From an uncultured archaeon (GTDB lineage Archaea > Aenigmatarchaeota > Aenigmatarchaeia > PWEA01 > JAGHBM01): DNA of 64,000 nt. The notes beneath the pieces were generated by a model. That model was not told the DNA's origin, did no database searches, and saw only the letters and a list, made by a program, of their open reading frames with translations. Location: positions 307,882 to 371,881 of the forward strand of contig CAZOZN010000001.1 in assembly GCA_964584335.1 (NCBI GenBank), written 5' to 3'. The position numbers and the translations under genes were made by a program. Position 1 is the stretch's first letter; each line of letters opens with the position of its first letter. Below, in pieces: positions 19,461 to 28,879 of this stretch.

Positions 19461-19988
19461 ATGCAAAAAAATTCCATAATTGTCGGTTTTGGACCTGAAG
19501 ATATGGAAAAAAATGAATATAGGAACTTGTACAAAGACAAATTTAATTCTCTTTTTGCTACAAAGAAGAAAGCTAAAGAAATAGACAGTGTGAGCGCATT
19601 TTATGATGAATTGTTTTTAAAAAAATACGTTCAAAAGGACGCGAAAATGGCTGTCTGGGACGGACCGGATAAAAGACATCTTTATGCAAGAGACTCTATG
19701 CTAGACAGCGCGGTATATGTTGATTATCTGGACGAGACGCCCTTTGCTGAATTTCGCTTTTTAAGGGATAAGAGTGGTAAAGATTTGATTAGAAAAGATA
19801 TAGAAAAATTCTATGAAGATTTGGGATTCGGATTCAAAACTTACGAGCTGCCCGAGGAACAATTTTCAAAAATAAGAAACGAAATGATAGAAAAAAAGGA
19901 CTTTTGCATAGTCTGTTATACAGTTAAAAACGGCGGGTATGAAGCTAGAATGCTTGATGAATCATGCAATTTTAGAAATTCTAATTAA
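19461..19988 (+). CDS. Hypothetical protein
   Basis: 175-aa ORF. Confidence 0.6.
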   Translation: MQKNSIIVGFGPEDMEKNEYRNLYKDKFNSLFATKKKAKEIDSVSAFYDELFLKKYVQKDAKMAVWDGPDKRHLYARDSMLDSAVYVDYLDETPFAEFRFLRDKSGKDLIRKDIEKFYEDLGFGFKTYELPEEQFSKIRNEMIEKKDFCIVCYTVKNGGYEARMLDESCNFRNSN

Positions 19989-20054
19989 AACAAATATCCC
20001 AAAAATCTTTAAATATATAACTAAATTAATGTATGAAGTATTGAAGGTGTTAAA

Positions 20055-20681
20055 ATGTTTAAATTTATTATACCGTTAAAAGAGGGGAAATCTACTCAGA
20101 TTGAGAAAGACGCACCATCGCTTACGGGAATGAAGATGGGAGAAAAATTTGACGGTTCAATTATAGGACTTACAGACTATACATTGCAGATATCAGGAGG
20201 TAGTGATAAGGAAGGTTTTCCTATGAGAAAAGATTTGCCCGGAACAGGTAGAAAAAGAGCACTTCTTGTTGGCGGAGTAGGCTGTAAAGGAAGGAAAAAG
20301 GGAATTAGAATAAGAAAGACCGTAAGAGGCAACAGAATAGGAGAAGATATATCCCAAATAAACATAAAAATAGTAGAAAAAGGCAAAAAGAGTGTTGAAG
20401 AACTTCTTGGCTTGGAGAAAGAGGAGAAGCCTAAAGAAGAGCCGGACAAAAAAGAATCTAAAGAAGAAGAAAAGAAACCAGAGAAGGAAGAAAAACCTGA
20501 AGAGAAGAAAGAGGAAAAACCTGAAAAAGAGCCTGAGGAAAAGAAAGAAGAACCAAAAAAAGAGGAAAAGAAAGAGAAAAAGGATAAAGAAAAAGAAGAA
20601 CCAAAAAAGGAAACTTCCAAAGAGGACAAGAAAACAGAAAAGAAAGAAGAACCCAAGGAAGAAAAGGATGAGAAAAAGTAG
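20055..20681 (+). CDS. rps6e: Ribosomal protein S6e with Lys/Glu-rich C-terminal tail
   Basis: LQISGGSDKEGFPMR.D, RIRKTVRGN, QIN.K; followed by a ~90-aa KE tail. Confidence 0.95.
   Translation: MFKFIIPLKEGKSTQIEKDAPSLTGMKMGEKFDGSIIGLTDYTLQISGGSDKEGFPMRKDLPGTGRKRALLVGGVGCKGRKKGIRIRKTVRGNRIGEDISQINIKIVEKGKKSVEELLGLEKEEKPKEEPDKKESKEEEKKPEKEEKPEEKKEEKPEKEPEEKKEEPKKEEKKEKKDKEKEEPKKETSKEDKKTEKKEEPKEEKDEKK
20424..20650 (+). repeat. Copy 1 of ~225-bp dispersed repeat (S6e tail)
   Basis: Manual alignment to 29944-30167: about 4 substitutions and one GAA codon indel. Confidence 0.92.
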
Positions 20682-20753
20682 CTAATTCTAGCTTAACGGC
20701 TTCTTTATGCAAACTTATAAAAGCCTTAATACATTAATCTTTAAAGTGTTTTT

Positions 20754-21968
20754 ATGAAAAAAGACGGCGGAGTAAATATAGGTTTGTTCGGTCACGTAGA
20801 CCATGGAAAAACAACAATAACCGAAGCACTCACGGGAAAGTGGGCTGATGCACACAGCGAGGAAATGAAAAGAGGCATAACAATAAGGCTCGGTTATGCA
20901 GAAACTACTATTTACAAATGCCCGAAATGCGAAGAACCTAACTGTTATTCTACAACTAAAAAATGCCCCACATGTTTTGGGGATACAAAGCCTCTCAGGA
21001 CAATTTCTTTTGTCGACGCGCCTGGACATAACGCACTAATGGCAACAGTATTATCCGGAGCTTCTCTTATAGACGGTGCTTTGCTCATAATATCAGCAGA
21101 TGAAAAATGCCCTCAACCACAAACAGCCGAACACCTGACTACACTGGACATAGTAGGAATAAAAAATATAATAATAGTACAGAATAAGATAGACAGGGTA
21201 AGCAAGGATGAGGTAATTCAGAACTACAAACAGATTAAAAAATTCGTAAAAGGGACCGTAGCTGAAAATTCTCCAATAATTCCAATATCGGCACTGCAAA
21301 AAATAAACATAGACGCTTTGCTCAAGTCGATAGAAGAAAACATACCGACACCGGAAAGAGACCTAAAGGCCGACCCAAAGATGTTCATAGCAAGAAGTTT
21401 TGATGTCAATAAACCCGGTAGCGAGATAGAAAAAATTATTGGAGGTATAATGGGCGGATCTCTTACCAAGGGAAAACTTTCAATAGGAGATAAAATAGAA
21501 ATAAAACCAGGAGTAAAGATAAAAGACAGTTACATGCCTCTTAAAACAGAAATAACTACACTACAAAAATTTGGAAAAAAGCTAAAAGAAGTCGGCCCCG
21601 GAGGGCTTATAGCTGTAGGCACAAAGCTAGACCCTTCACTTACAAAAAGCGACTTTCTGACAGGAAATATTGCCGGTAAAGAAGGAAAGCTGCCCCCGAA
21701 CTGGGAAAAATTGACCCTTGAAGTTAATCTACTAAAAAATGTAGTAGGTACTGAAGAGAAAATGGAAGTAAAAAACATAAATACAAACGAGCCGTTAATG
21801 ATAACTTCAGGAACAGGAAGAACCGTAGGCCTGGTTACTTCGGGAAGAAAAAAGGAAATTGACTTAAACTTAAAGGCTCCGATTTGCGCTGAAAAGGATG
21901 ATAAAATAGCACTCTTCAGGCAAGTTGGTGGTAGATGGAGACTTATAGGATACGGAATAATAAAATAA
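20754..21968 (+). CDS. eif2g: Translation initiation factor aIF2 gamma
   Basis: GHVDHGKTT, RGITIRLGYA, zinc ribbon, DAPGH, PQPQTAEH, RSFDVNKPG, WRLIGYG. Confidence 0.97.
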   Translation: MKKDGGVNIGLFGHVDHGKTTITEALTGKWADAHSEEMKRGITIRLGYAETTIYKCPKCEEPNCYSTTKKCPTCFGDTKPLRTISFVDAPGHNALMATVLSGASLIDGALLIISADEKCPQPQTAEHLTTLDIVGIKNIIIVQNKIDRVSKDEVIQNYKQIKKFVKGTVAENSPIIPISALQKINIDALLKSIEENIPTPERDLKADPKMFIARSFDVNKPGSEIEKIIGGIMGGSLTKGKLSIGDKIEIKPGVKIKDSYMPLKTEITTLQKFGKKLKEVGPGGLIAVGTKLDPSLTKSDFLTGNIAGKEGKLPPNWEKLTLEVNLLKNVVGTEEKMEVKNINTNEPLMITSGTGRTVGLVTSGRKKEIDLNLKAPICAEKDDKIALFRQVGGRWRLIGYGIIK

Positions 21969-22904
21969 CTACTCTAAAACTTTAACATCATCTACTTTAC
22001 CGTCGCCATCACGGTCCAGTCCTCTTATAACCGTGTAAAAATCTTTGTTCTTGTTGAACCCCTTGAGAACTTTCTTGTACTGTTGTGTAAGAGCAAGTAT
22101 GCAAGCCTTGGTGCCCTCAAATTTAAGACCTGACAAAAGTATTATTTTTTTGTTCTTGTCCCATGGATTTGTTATCCTTGCTATAAGTCCATCTGTGTCC
22201 CCGCTGTAAGTGCCTTTTTTAGACTTTATGACCCATGATTTTTCCCAATTAAATCTTATTTTCATATTTTCATTCAAGTCTGAACAAACCATATTGGCAA
22301 GCGGACCACCAATTACAACAAGATTTCTTTTATGAGACTCTTCGGCTTTGAACTCCGTATCTAACTTAACTATGAAACGGTTGCCGGTAGAACATAATTT
22401 ACCCAAGAAAAAAGCAAGTTGAGCAGAGTAGTGTCCGTCTCTTGAAGTAGTAAGAAATGGGCCATGTTCGGTTGGAGAACCGACTACTATGGAACCGTCG
22501 AAAAAACCATCTTCAACGAAACCGTAAAAGAAATCCTTTAACCTTGTATCGGAATCAACTTGGTTAAGATTTATTTCAGTCTCACCCCCGCTTAACTCAA
22601 AACCGAAGGCGCTTGCAGAAGGTGCAAAAAACTTACAGACCGCTCCGTGTCTGCTTTCCTCTCTTACAACCTCTATAAGACCCGCATTTAGCATCTTATT
22701 GATATGATAGTAAATCTTCTGTTCATGTATTTTGAGTTTTTTGGCCAGTTCATTCGGATACATCGGTTTTTCATTTAGTCTTCTTATGATATTCCAGGCC
22801 ATCTTACTTGAAACGGTAGAAAGCTTTTTGGGGCTTTCGAATATTTCTATACTTTTTGAGTAGTGTTTACCTTTCTTTTCATCGACCAGTATTTTCTTTG
22901 ACAT
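21969..22904 (-). CDS. ArsR-like wHTH protein with S-layer-like C-terminal domain
   Basis: PMYPNELAKKL..HEQKIYYHI..M..AGLI HTH; NLVVIGGPLAN; terminal DRDGDGKVDD. Confidence 0.75.
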   Translation of the reverse strand: MSKKILVDEKKGKHYSKSIEIFESPKKLSTVSSKMAWNIIRRLNEKPMYPNELAKKLKIHEQKIYYHINKMLNAGLIEVVREESRHGAVCKFFAPSASAFGFELSGGETEINLNQVDSDTRLKDFFYGFVEDGFFDGSIVVGSPTEHGPFLTTSRDGHYSAQLAFFLGKLCSTGNRFIVKLDTEFKAEESHKRNLVVIGGPLANMVCSDLNENMKIRFNWEKSWVIKSKKGTYSGDTDGLIARITNPWDKNKKIILLSGLKFEGTKACILALTQQYKKVLKGFNKNKDFYTVIRGLDRDGDGKVDDVKVLE

Positions 22905-23074
22905 AATTAACTCCTAGATTATATTTTGATAATACATATATAAGTGTTTTTATAATAGTAGAATATCCATTATAAATAGTTTTTAAATATTAATCTAAAT
23001 AAAAAAATAAAAAATGCATATTTTAAAAATCAATTAAAATAAAAATTAAATACCGTAATAGGCAAAATCTATAC

Positions 23075-24217
23075 ATGAAAATAAAAGATTACAAAAAATT
23101 CACAGAAATATCAGCCGTTTTTCTTTTTGCGACATTTCTTTTCAATCCAATACTTTCACCATACATGAAAAGCATAGGATTCAGTGAAATTGAAATGAGT
23201 GTTCTTTTTTCTTTCCTGCCCCTATCAATGATAATATTCTCTCCTTTAATGGGAAAATTATCGGACCTGACAAGCAGAAGGCATGTGATAATCATAGGGA
23301 TAGTTTTAGAGATAATTGCAATAACCCTGTACATATTCGGTAAATCTGTATTCTTGTTTGGTATTGCAAGAGTCTTAGATGCCGTAGGTTATTCGACTGT
23401 CGTTTTGATTTCCTTGGCAAAGGTGGAGGACAGTATAGGCTCAAAAAAAAGAGGAGAATATACTGGTTGGACGGAAACGATAAAATTTTCAGGAAAAATA
23501 ATAGCACCGGTTATAGGAGCCATATTGGCAGACTATTATTTTATAGAAGCGCCTTTCTTCATATCAATCTTCATACTAATTTTTATGTTTGTTTTTCTTT
23601 TCAAGAGAGAAAGATTGCCAAAACTGGCAAAAAAACCATTAAATCCATTGGAAGAGATAAGAGACTTCCTGCATTACAAAAAACTAAGAGGAATGGCCAT
23701 ATTAGGAATAGTAGTTCACGGAGCACATCCTGGTATAAGCCTTTTTTTGCCTCTTTTCATAGTATATGAAATGGGTCTTGGGCTGAGTTTGGTTGGAATT
23801 TCATTTTTCATACTAGAGTTTATGCATATTTTTCAATTCTGGTTTGGCAAACAATCTGACAGGAAAGGAGCATGGAAACTCGTAATTTTGGGTTGCATGA
23901 TAATGAGTCTGGGTATCGGCCTATTATACATCACAAATTCATTCATTACATTAGCTCTATTTCTATTCATACAAGGAATAGGAAGGTCAATCTGGAATGT
24001 CTCTGCGTGGAGCCTTATGTCAAAAATAGGGGAGGAAAATAAAAGAGAAGGTGAAATAGCTGCTTCGTATGCATCTATAGCCAAAATAGGTTCATTTGTA
24101 AGTTTTTTAATAAGTGGTGTTTTCGTATCTTACTTCGGCATTAAAAATCTGTTTATGGTAAACAGTATTTTGATAATTTTGGGTGTTTTTCTCTCTTACT
24201 ATTATCTTAAAGACTGA
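23075..24217 (+). CDS. MFS transporter
   Basis: 12-TM pattern; GKLSD..SRR motif A, repeated as GKQSDRKG. Confidence 0.9.
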   Translation: MKIKDYKKFTEISAVFLFATFLFNPILSPYMKSIGFSEIEMSVLFSFLPLSMIIFSPLMGKLSDLTSRRHVIIIGIVLEIIAITLYIFGKSVFLFGIARVLDAVGYSTVVLISLAKVEDSIGSKKRGEYTGWTETIKFSGKIIAPVIGAILADYYFIEAPFFISIFILIFMFVFLFKRERLPKLAKKPLNPLEEIRDFLHYKKLRGMAILGIVVHGAHPGISLFLPLFIVYEMGLGLSLVGISFFILEFMHIFQFWFGKQSDRKGAWKLVILGCMIMSLGIGLLYITNSFITLALFLFIQGIGRSIWNVSAWSLMSKIGEENKREGEIAASYASIAKIGSFVSFLISGVFVSYFGIKNLFMVNSILIILGVFLSYYYLKD

Positions 24218-24229
24218 TTCAGAAATAAA

Positions 24230-24243
24230 GAAAAGTTTAAATA
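24230..24243 (+). promoter_or_regulatory. BRE + TATA box for a putative small RNA
   Basis: gaaaag-tttaaata about 25 nt upstream of a structured element and ~290 nt from the glmS start, which has its own TATA near 24490. Confidence 0.55.
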
Positions 24244-24265
24244 CTTAACGGTAGTAACATTATTT

Positions 24266-24313
24266 ACCCAAACACCACACCCAAATCGAGGCATGCTTGC
24301 CGATGAGATTTTT
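24266..24313 (+). ncRNA. Putative ~48-nt kink-turn small RNA
   Basis: AAAUC-GA-GGCA-(UGCU)-UGCC-GAU-GA-GAUUU is a standard K-turn; preceded by a TATA box and ends in a U tract. Confidence 0.55.
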
Positions 24314-24531
24314 CCCTCTAACTTATTTTATTATAATATATTTTTTACTGCAACTTTCCGGTAGTTTCAAATTATAATTAAATTTAAAAACCGTTCAATA
24401 ACGGGTCTTAATTTATTTTAAACTATATTAAACAAAATTACACCACTAGTAAAATATTTTTAATGGTTTAAGTGCCTTTTTAATCAACATTTTAAATACC
24501 TAAAATCTTATTATCAAAAACGGTGGATATA

Positions 24532-26292
24532 ATGTGCGGAATTATCGGCTATTTAGGAGAAAAAAATGCAGCATCCATAATATTCTCTGGCTTAAGAAAA
24601 CTTGAATATAGGGGATACGACTCTGCGGGCATCTGCACTGTTGAAAAAAACAAGCTTCATATAAAAAAAGATGCGGGAAAAATAGACGAGATACAACACA
24701 AACTAAATTTAAAGGACCTGCCGGGTTGCACCGGAATAGGTCACACTAGGTGGGCAACTCACGGTAGTGTCACAAGAGAAAACGCGCATCCCCATACTAA
24801 CCCAGAGAGAGACTTGGCGATAGTGCATAATGGAATAATAGAAAACTATCAAGACCTTAAAAAATTACTCAAGGATGAAACAAAGTCAGAAACAGACTCA
24901 GAAATAATAGCGCATCTAATAGGAGAAAAAATGAACAGTGGTTTTGATTTTGATGATGCATCAAGAGAAGTACTAAAAATGTTGGAAGGACATTTTGCCC
25001 TGCTAATATTGAACAGAAAAGAAAAAAAAATTATTGCCGCGAGAAGAGGTTCTCCTCTCGTTATAGGTGTTGGTAAAGGAGAGTATTTTCCTGCTTCGGA
25101 TATACCGGCATTTCTTGATTATACAAAAAAAGTAGTTTATCTATACGATAATGATTTTGTGGTAATAGACAAAGAAGGTATGAATTTTTTCAATCTGGAA
25201 AAGGGTAAGGTAAAAAGGAAATTGTCAACGGTTGATTGGGATTCTAAACAGGCAAAAAAAGGAAAGTTTGAGCATTTTATGATAAAAGAAATAGTGGAAC
25301 AGACAAAAACTATACAAAAAGCCATAAACCAAAGGGAAGAGGAGATAAAAGAAGTTGTAGATTATATAAAAAACTCAAGAGGTATTTTTTTCGTTGGCTG
25401 TGGGACAGCATATCATGCCTGTCTTACAGGAAGTTATATTTTTTCAAAGGTTGCAAAAAAGCATGTTAATGTGGTATCAGGTTCCGAGTTTCCTCATTTT
25501 GAGCATTTCTTAACCGACAAAGCTCTAGTTATAGCAGTTTCACAGTCAGGTGAGACTGCAGATGTTTTGGATGCAGTAAAAACGGCAAGAAAAAAAGGAA
25601 GCCGTGTACTGTCAATAGTAAATGTTATGGGTTCATCTCTTACAAGAAATTCAGACAAATTCTTATTGACTCAGTCGGGACCAGAAATATGCGTTTTATC
25701 AACTAAGGCATATACCGCACAGCTTGCTCTGCTCCTTTTAATAGCATATGCTTGTGCCGGAAAACTTGAAGAAGGAAGAAAACAATTAAAGAATCTTTAT
25801 AATCTTGTTTATGACCTTACAGCTGAAAGCAGAAGAAACAAATTAAAAAAGCTTGCAGAGAAATTAAAGAAAAAAAACCATATGTTCACGATAGGGAGAG
25901 GACTTATGTACCCCACGGCACTGGAAGCTGCGTTGAAACTTAAAGAAGTATCTTACATACACACAGAAGGCTTTGCTGGAGGGGACCTTAAGCACGGACC
26001 AATAGCACTGATAGAAAACGGGACACCCTGCATAACATTTGTATCAAAAGAAGGTGAAAAAGAAACATTGTCAAACGCTATTGAAATAAAAAGCAGGGGC
26101 GGTTACATAATAGGGGTTGGCTCTGAAGAAAACAGTATTTTTGATTATTTTATAAAAGTTCCCTATTCAAACGGGTGTGATCCCATAACACACATAATAC
26201 CAATACAGATTCTAGCTTACCAGCTTGCTTTATTAAGAGGTTGTGACCCGGACAAACCAAGAAACCTTGCAAAAAGTGTGACAGTAAAATGA
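24532..26292 (+). CDS. glmS: Glutamine--fructose-6-phosphate transaminase
   Basis: MCGI, LEYRGYDSAG, GHTRWATHG, SQSGETAD, KEVSY, PDKPRNLAKSVTV. Confidence 0.97.
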   Translation: MCGIIGYLGEKNAASIIFSGLRKLEYRGYDSAGICTVEKNKLHIKKDAGKIDEIQHKLNLKDLPGCTGIGHTRWATHGSVTRENAHPHTNPERDLAIVHNGIIENYQDLKKLLKDETKSETDSEIIAHLIGEKMNSGFDFDDASREVLKMLEGHFALLILNRKEKKIIAARRGSPLVIGVGKGEYFPASDIPAFLDYTKKVVYLYDNDFVVIDKEGMNFFNLEKGKVKRKLSTVDWDSKQAKKGKFEHFMIKEIVEQTKTIQKAINQREEEIKEVVDYIKNSRGIFFVGCGTAYHACLTGSYIFSKVAKKHVNVVSGSEFPHFEHFLTDKALVIAVSQSGETADVLDAVKTARKKGSRVLSIVNVMGSSLTRNSDKFLLTQSGPEICVLSTKAYTAQLALLLLIAYACAGKLEEGRKQLKNLYNLVYDLTAESRRNKLKKLAEKLKKKNHMFTIGRGLMYPTALEAALKLKEVSYIHTEGFAGGDLKHGPIALIENGTPCITFVSKEGEKETLSNAIEIKSRGGYIIGVGSEENSIFDYFIKVPYSNGCDPITHIIPIQILAYQLALLRGCDPDKPRNLAKSVTVK

Positions 26293-26831
26293 TAATAGAA
26301 AGACCATACTTTGATAATTATATTAAAGACCCTTTGGGTGCTTTCAAGAAAAAGGATAAGTTTCTGGGAAGAAGAAAATACAGACATGGAGAAGTTAGAA
26401 TAATACATCCTGTAATAATAGAATCTCCTTCATATATAGGACCCGACTGTACAATTGGACCGTTTTCATATATAAGAGAAGGAACTTATCTCGAAGGTAA
26501 TAATCATATTGGAAACTCAAGCGAGGTAAAAAATTCTATAGTTCTGGAAGGAACGAATCTGCCCCACTTCAACTATGTTGGAGATTCTATAATAGGAAAA
26601 AACTGTAATCTGGGGGCCGGAACAAAGACTGCGAATCTTAGACTTGACGAAAAGGAAGTCAAAATTGGTAAAAAATATTCTGGACTTAGAAAATTGGGAG
26701 TAATAATGGGAGATAATGTAAAAACTGGAATAAATGTTTCCTTGTACCCCGGCGAAATTTTTGAATCATATACTTTTATTTACAATGATATAAGAAAAAA
26801 CAGAATAGTAAAAAAAGTGGATGAACCATGA
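26289..26831 (+). CDS. GlmU-type glucosamine-1-phosphate acetyltransferase domain (stand-alone left-handed beta-helix)
   Basis: IGPFSYIR, EVKNS, PHFNYVGDSIIG..CNLGAGT.TANLR, RKLG..MGD.VKTGIN. Confidence 0.88.
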   Translation: MIIERPYFDNYIKDPLGAFKKKDKFLGRRKYRHGEVRIIHPVIIESPSYIGPDCTIGPFSYIREGTYLEGNNHIGNSSEVKNSIVLEGTNLPHFNYVGDSIIGKNCNLGAGTKTANLRLDEKEVKIGKKYSGLRKLGVIMGDNVKTGINVSLYPGEIFESYTFIYNDIRKNRIVKKVDEP

Positions 26832-27508
26832 AAGCAGTTATTCTTGCCGGCGGTAAAGGTAGCAGAATGAAAGAACTTACGGAAAACTTGCCAAAGGCGA
26901 TGTTGCCAATTCAAGAAAAACCAATGCTCCAGGTTATTATTGAAAATATCCGGGAAGCAGGAATAAAAGATTTCGTTGTGCTGGTTTCTTACAAAAAGGA
27001 AAAAATTATTAACTATTTCGGTAATGGAGACAAACTTGATGTAAAAATAGAATACGCTTATCAAGAAGAACCAAAAGGAACTGCGGATGCCCTGGGTTGT
27101 GTCGAAGAACTAATAGAAGACGACTTATTTTTTATGATACATGGCGACGTTATCATAGAAACTGATGAAATAAAAGATATTTTGGAAAGAAAAAAGCCAT
27201 TAATTTGCCTAAAAAAAGTTAATGACCCGAGAAGGTTTGGGGTAGTCGAAATAAAAAACGAGAAAGTTTCCAGAATAGTTGAGAAATCTGAAAACCCTCC
27301 TTCGAACTTAATAAACACGGGTGTTTTCTTATTGCCTAGAGAAATTTTTGATGCGATAAAAGAAACACCCATTTCCGAGAGAGGCGAATTTGAACTGACA
27401 GACTCATTGGAAATAATGATAAATAAGGGAATTGATTTGGGATATCACATACTTGAAGAAACTACAGATATAGGAACAAAGGAAATTTACATAAAAAATA
27501 AAGATTAA
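26828..27508 (+). CDS. GlmU-type sugar-phosphate nucleotidyltransferase domain (stand-alone)
   Basis: MKAVILAGGKGSRM..LT..PKAM, QEEPKGTADA, EK, SERGEFELTD, DIG. Confidence 0.9.
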   Translation: MKAVILAGGKGSRMKELTENLPKAMLPIQEKPMLQVIIENIREAGIKDFVVLVSYKKEKIINYFGNGDKLDVKIEYAYQEEPKGTADALGCVEELIEDDLFFMIHGDVIIETDEIKDILERKKPLICLKKVNDPRRFGVVEIKNEKVSRIVEKSENPPSNLINTGVFLLPREIFDAIKETPISERGEFELTDSLEIMINKGIDLGYHILEETTDIGTKEIYIKNKD

Positions 27509-27532
27509 ATTCTTAACTGTTTTAATATTATT

Positions 27533-27922
27533 ATGGAAACAGGTTTTTGTGCAAATTGTAGTCCGTCTGAATTTGAAAGATGTATAAAAGATATTGTGGA
27601 TGAGAATTCGGTATTATACAAAAAGGGAATATGGTCCAGACTTTTTAATCCGTATGAAAATTCATTCGCAGTGTGGTATAAACAAAAACCAATGATTATA
27701 GAAAGAAAGGATGTTTCTATAGACACCTTTCAGCCAGATTTTATGCCAGAATACTCAGGTTTTAGCTGCGCAATTCAGGCAACTATGGGGTCCGAACAGG
27801 AATATGTTCCAAGAACAGAAGTTATTATAAAATACAAGCCACTAAAGGAAAATGATGACACTGTTTTTGATTTCATAAAAGAACTGGATAATAAGATACA
27901 ATCAAGTAAAAACAATTTATAA
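27533..27922 (+). CDS. Hypothetical protein
   Basis: 129-aa ORF. Confidence 0.55.
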   Translation: METGFCANCSPSEFERCIKDIVDENSVLYKKGIWSRLFNPYENSFAVWYKQKPMIIERKDVSIDTFQPDFMPEYSGFSCAIQATMGSEQEYVPRTEVIIKYKPLKENDDTVFDFIKELDNKIQSSKNNL

Positions 27923-27942
27923 ATTCTTTTCTTATTCTTATC

Positions 27943-28323
27943 ATGAAGGTAATACTGGATACAAACTTTTTCATTTTACCGGGAAAATTAAAGATAGACA
28001 TATTTTCAGAGATAGATAGAATAATAGACGAAAAATATGAAATCGTAACTATCAAACCTGTTATAAACGAGCTTCGTGGACTTGCGAGAGAAAAAGGCAA
28101 GAAAGGCATGCATGCCAAATTAGGTCTCCAGCTTATAGAAAAAAAGAAAGTAAAAATATTAAAAACCAGGGAAAGAGACGCGGACAAAGCGATTTTAAAG
28201 GCATCAGAAAAAGAAGATGATGTGATAGTTGGAACCTTGGACAAAGAACTTAGAAAAAAATTAGAGAAGTCCAACAAAAAAACAATATATTTAAGAGCGA
28301 AAAAATACTTAGTGTTAGGTTGA
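27943..28323 (+). CDS. PIN-domain protein (Fcf1/Utp24-like)
   Basis: VILDTNF, EL, DAD, T.DKELR; conserved position upstream of rpoE1. Confidence 0.88.
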   Translation: MKVILDTNFFILPGKLKIDIFSEIDRIIDEKYEIVTIKPVINELRGLAREKGKKGMHAKLGLQLIEKKKVKILKTRERDADKAILKASEKEDDVIVGTLDKELRKKLEKSNKKTIYLRAKKYLVLG

Positions 28324-28327
28324 TTTT

Positions 28328-28864
28328 ATGAATTCTGTAAACTTGTGGCATGATATAAAGAAAGATAAATCATCACCCAAAATAGTAAAGGTTGTAGTAG
28401 AAACGCCAATGGGCTCAAGAAACAAATACGAGTACGACAAAAAATACAACTCGATGAAGCTAGATAGAATACTTTATTCGCCGGTGCATTATCCCGGTGA
28501 TTACGGTTTCATACCGAGAACATACGGAGAAGATGGTGACCCCCTGGATGTAATGGTACTGGTAACGGAACCGACATATCCTGGGATAATAATGAGAGCA
28601 AGACCTGTTGCACTGCTAAGGATGGTAGATGAAAATGTTTACGATGATAAAATAATATGTGTCCCACTAAATGACCCAAGAAACAAAAAAATAAGGGACA
28701 AGAAAGACCTTCCTCCGCATGTTTTAGAGGAAATAGAACACTTTTTTAACGTATATAAACATTTGGAAGGTAAAAATGTAAACACGAAAGGATGGAAAGA
28801 TAACAATAAAGCAAGAAAAGTTATCGAACATGCAACAAGGTTATATAAAAGAAAATTCAGCTAA
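28328..28864 (+). CDS. ppa: Inorganic pyrophosphatase (family I)
   Basis: RNKYEYD, LDR, YP.DYGFIP, DGDPLD, DDK, YKHLE. Confidence 0.96.
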   Translation: MNSVNLWHDIKKDKSSPKIVKVVVETPMGSRNKYEYDKKYNSMKLDRILYSPVHYPGDYGFIPRTYGEDGDPLDVMVLVTEPTYPGIIMRARPVALLRMVDENVYDDKIICVPLNDPRNKKIRDKKDLPPHVLEEIEHFFNVYKHLEGKNVNTKGWKDNNKARKVIEHATRLYKRKFS

Positions 28865-28879
28865 TTAGAGGGTGTAAGA

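Noticed and set aside
24350-24500. Possible replication origin in the AT-rich spacer
   Set aside because: No repeated ORB consensus and no adjacent orc1/cdc6
24218-24531. glmS ribozyme upstream of glmS
   Set aside because: No AGCGC...GACGAGG core consensus; the only strong structure is the K-turn hairpin
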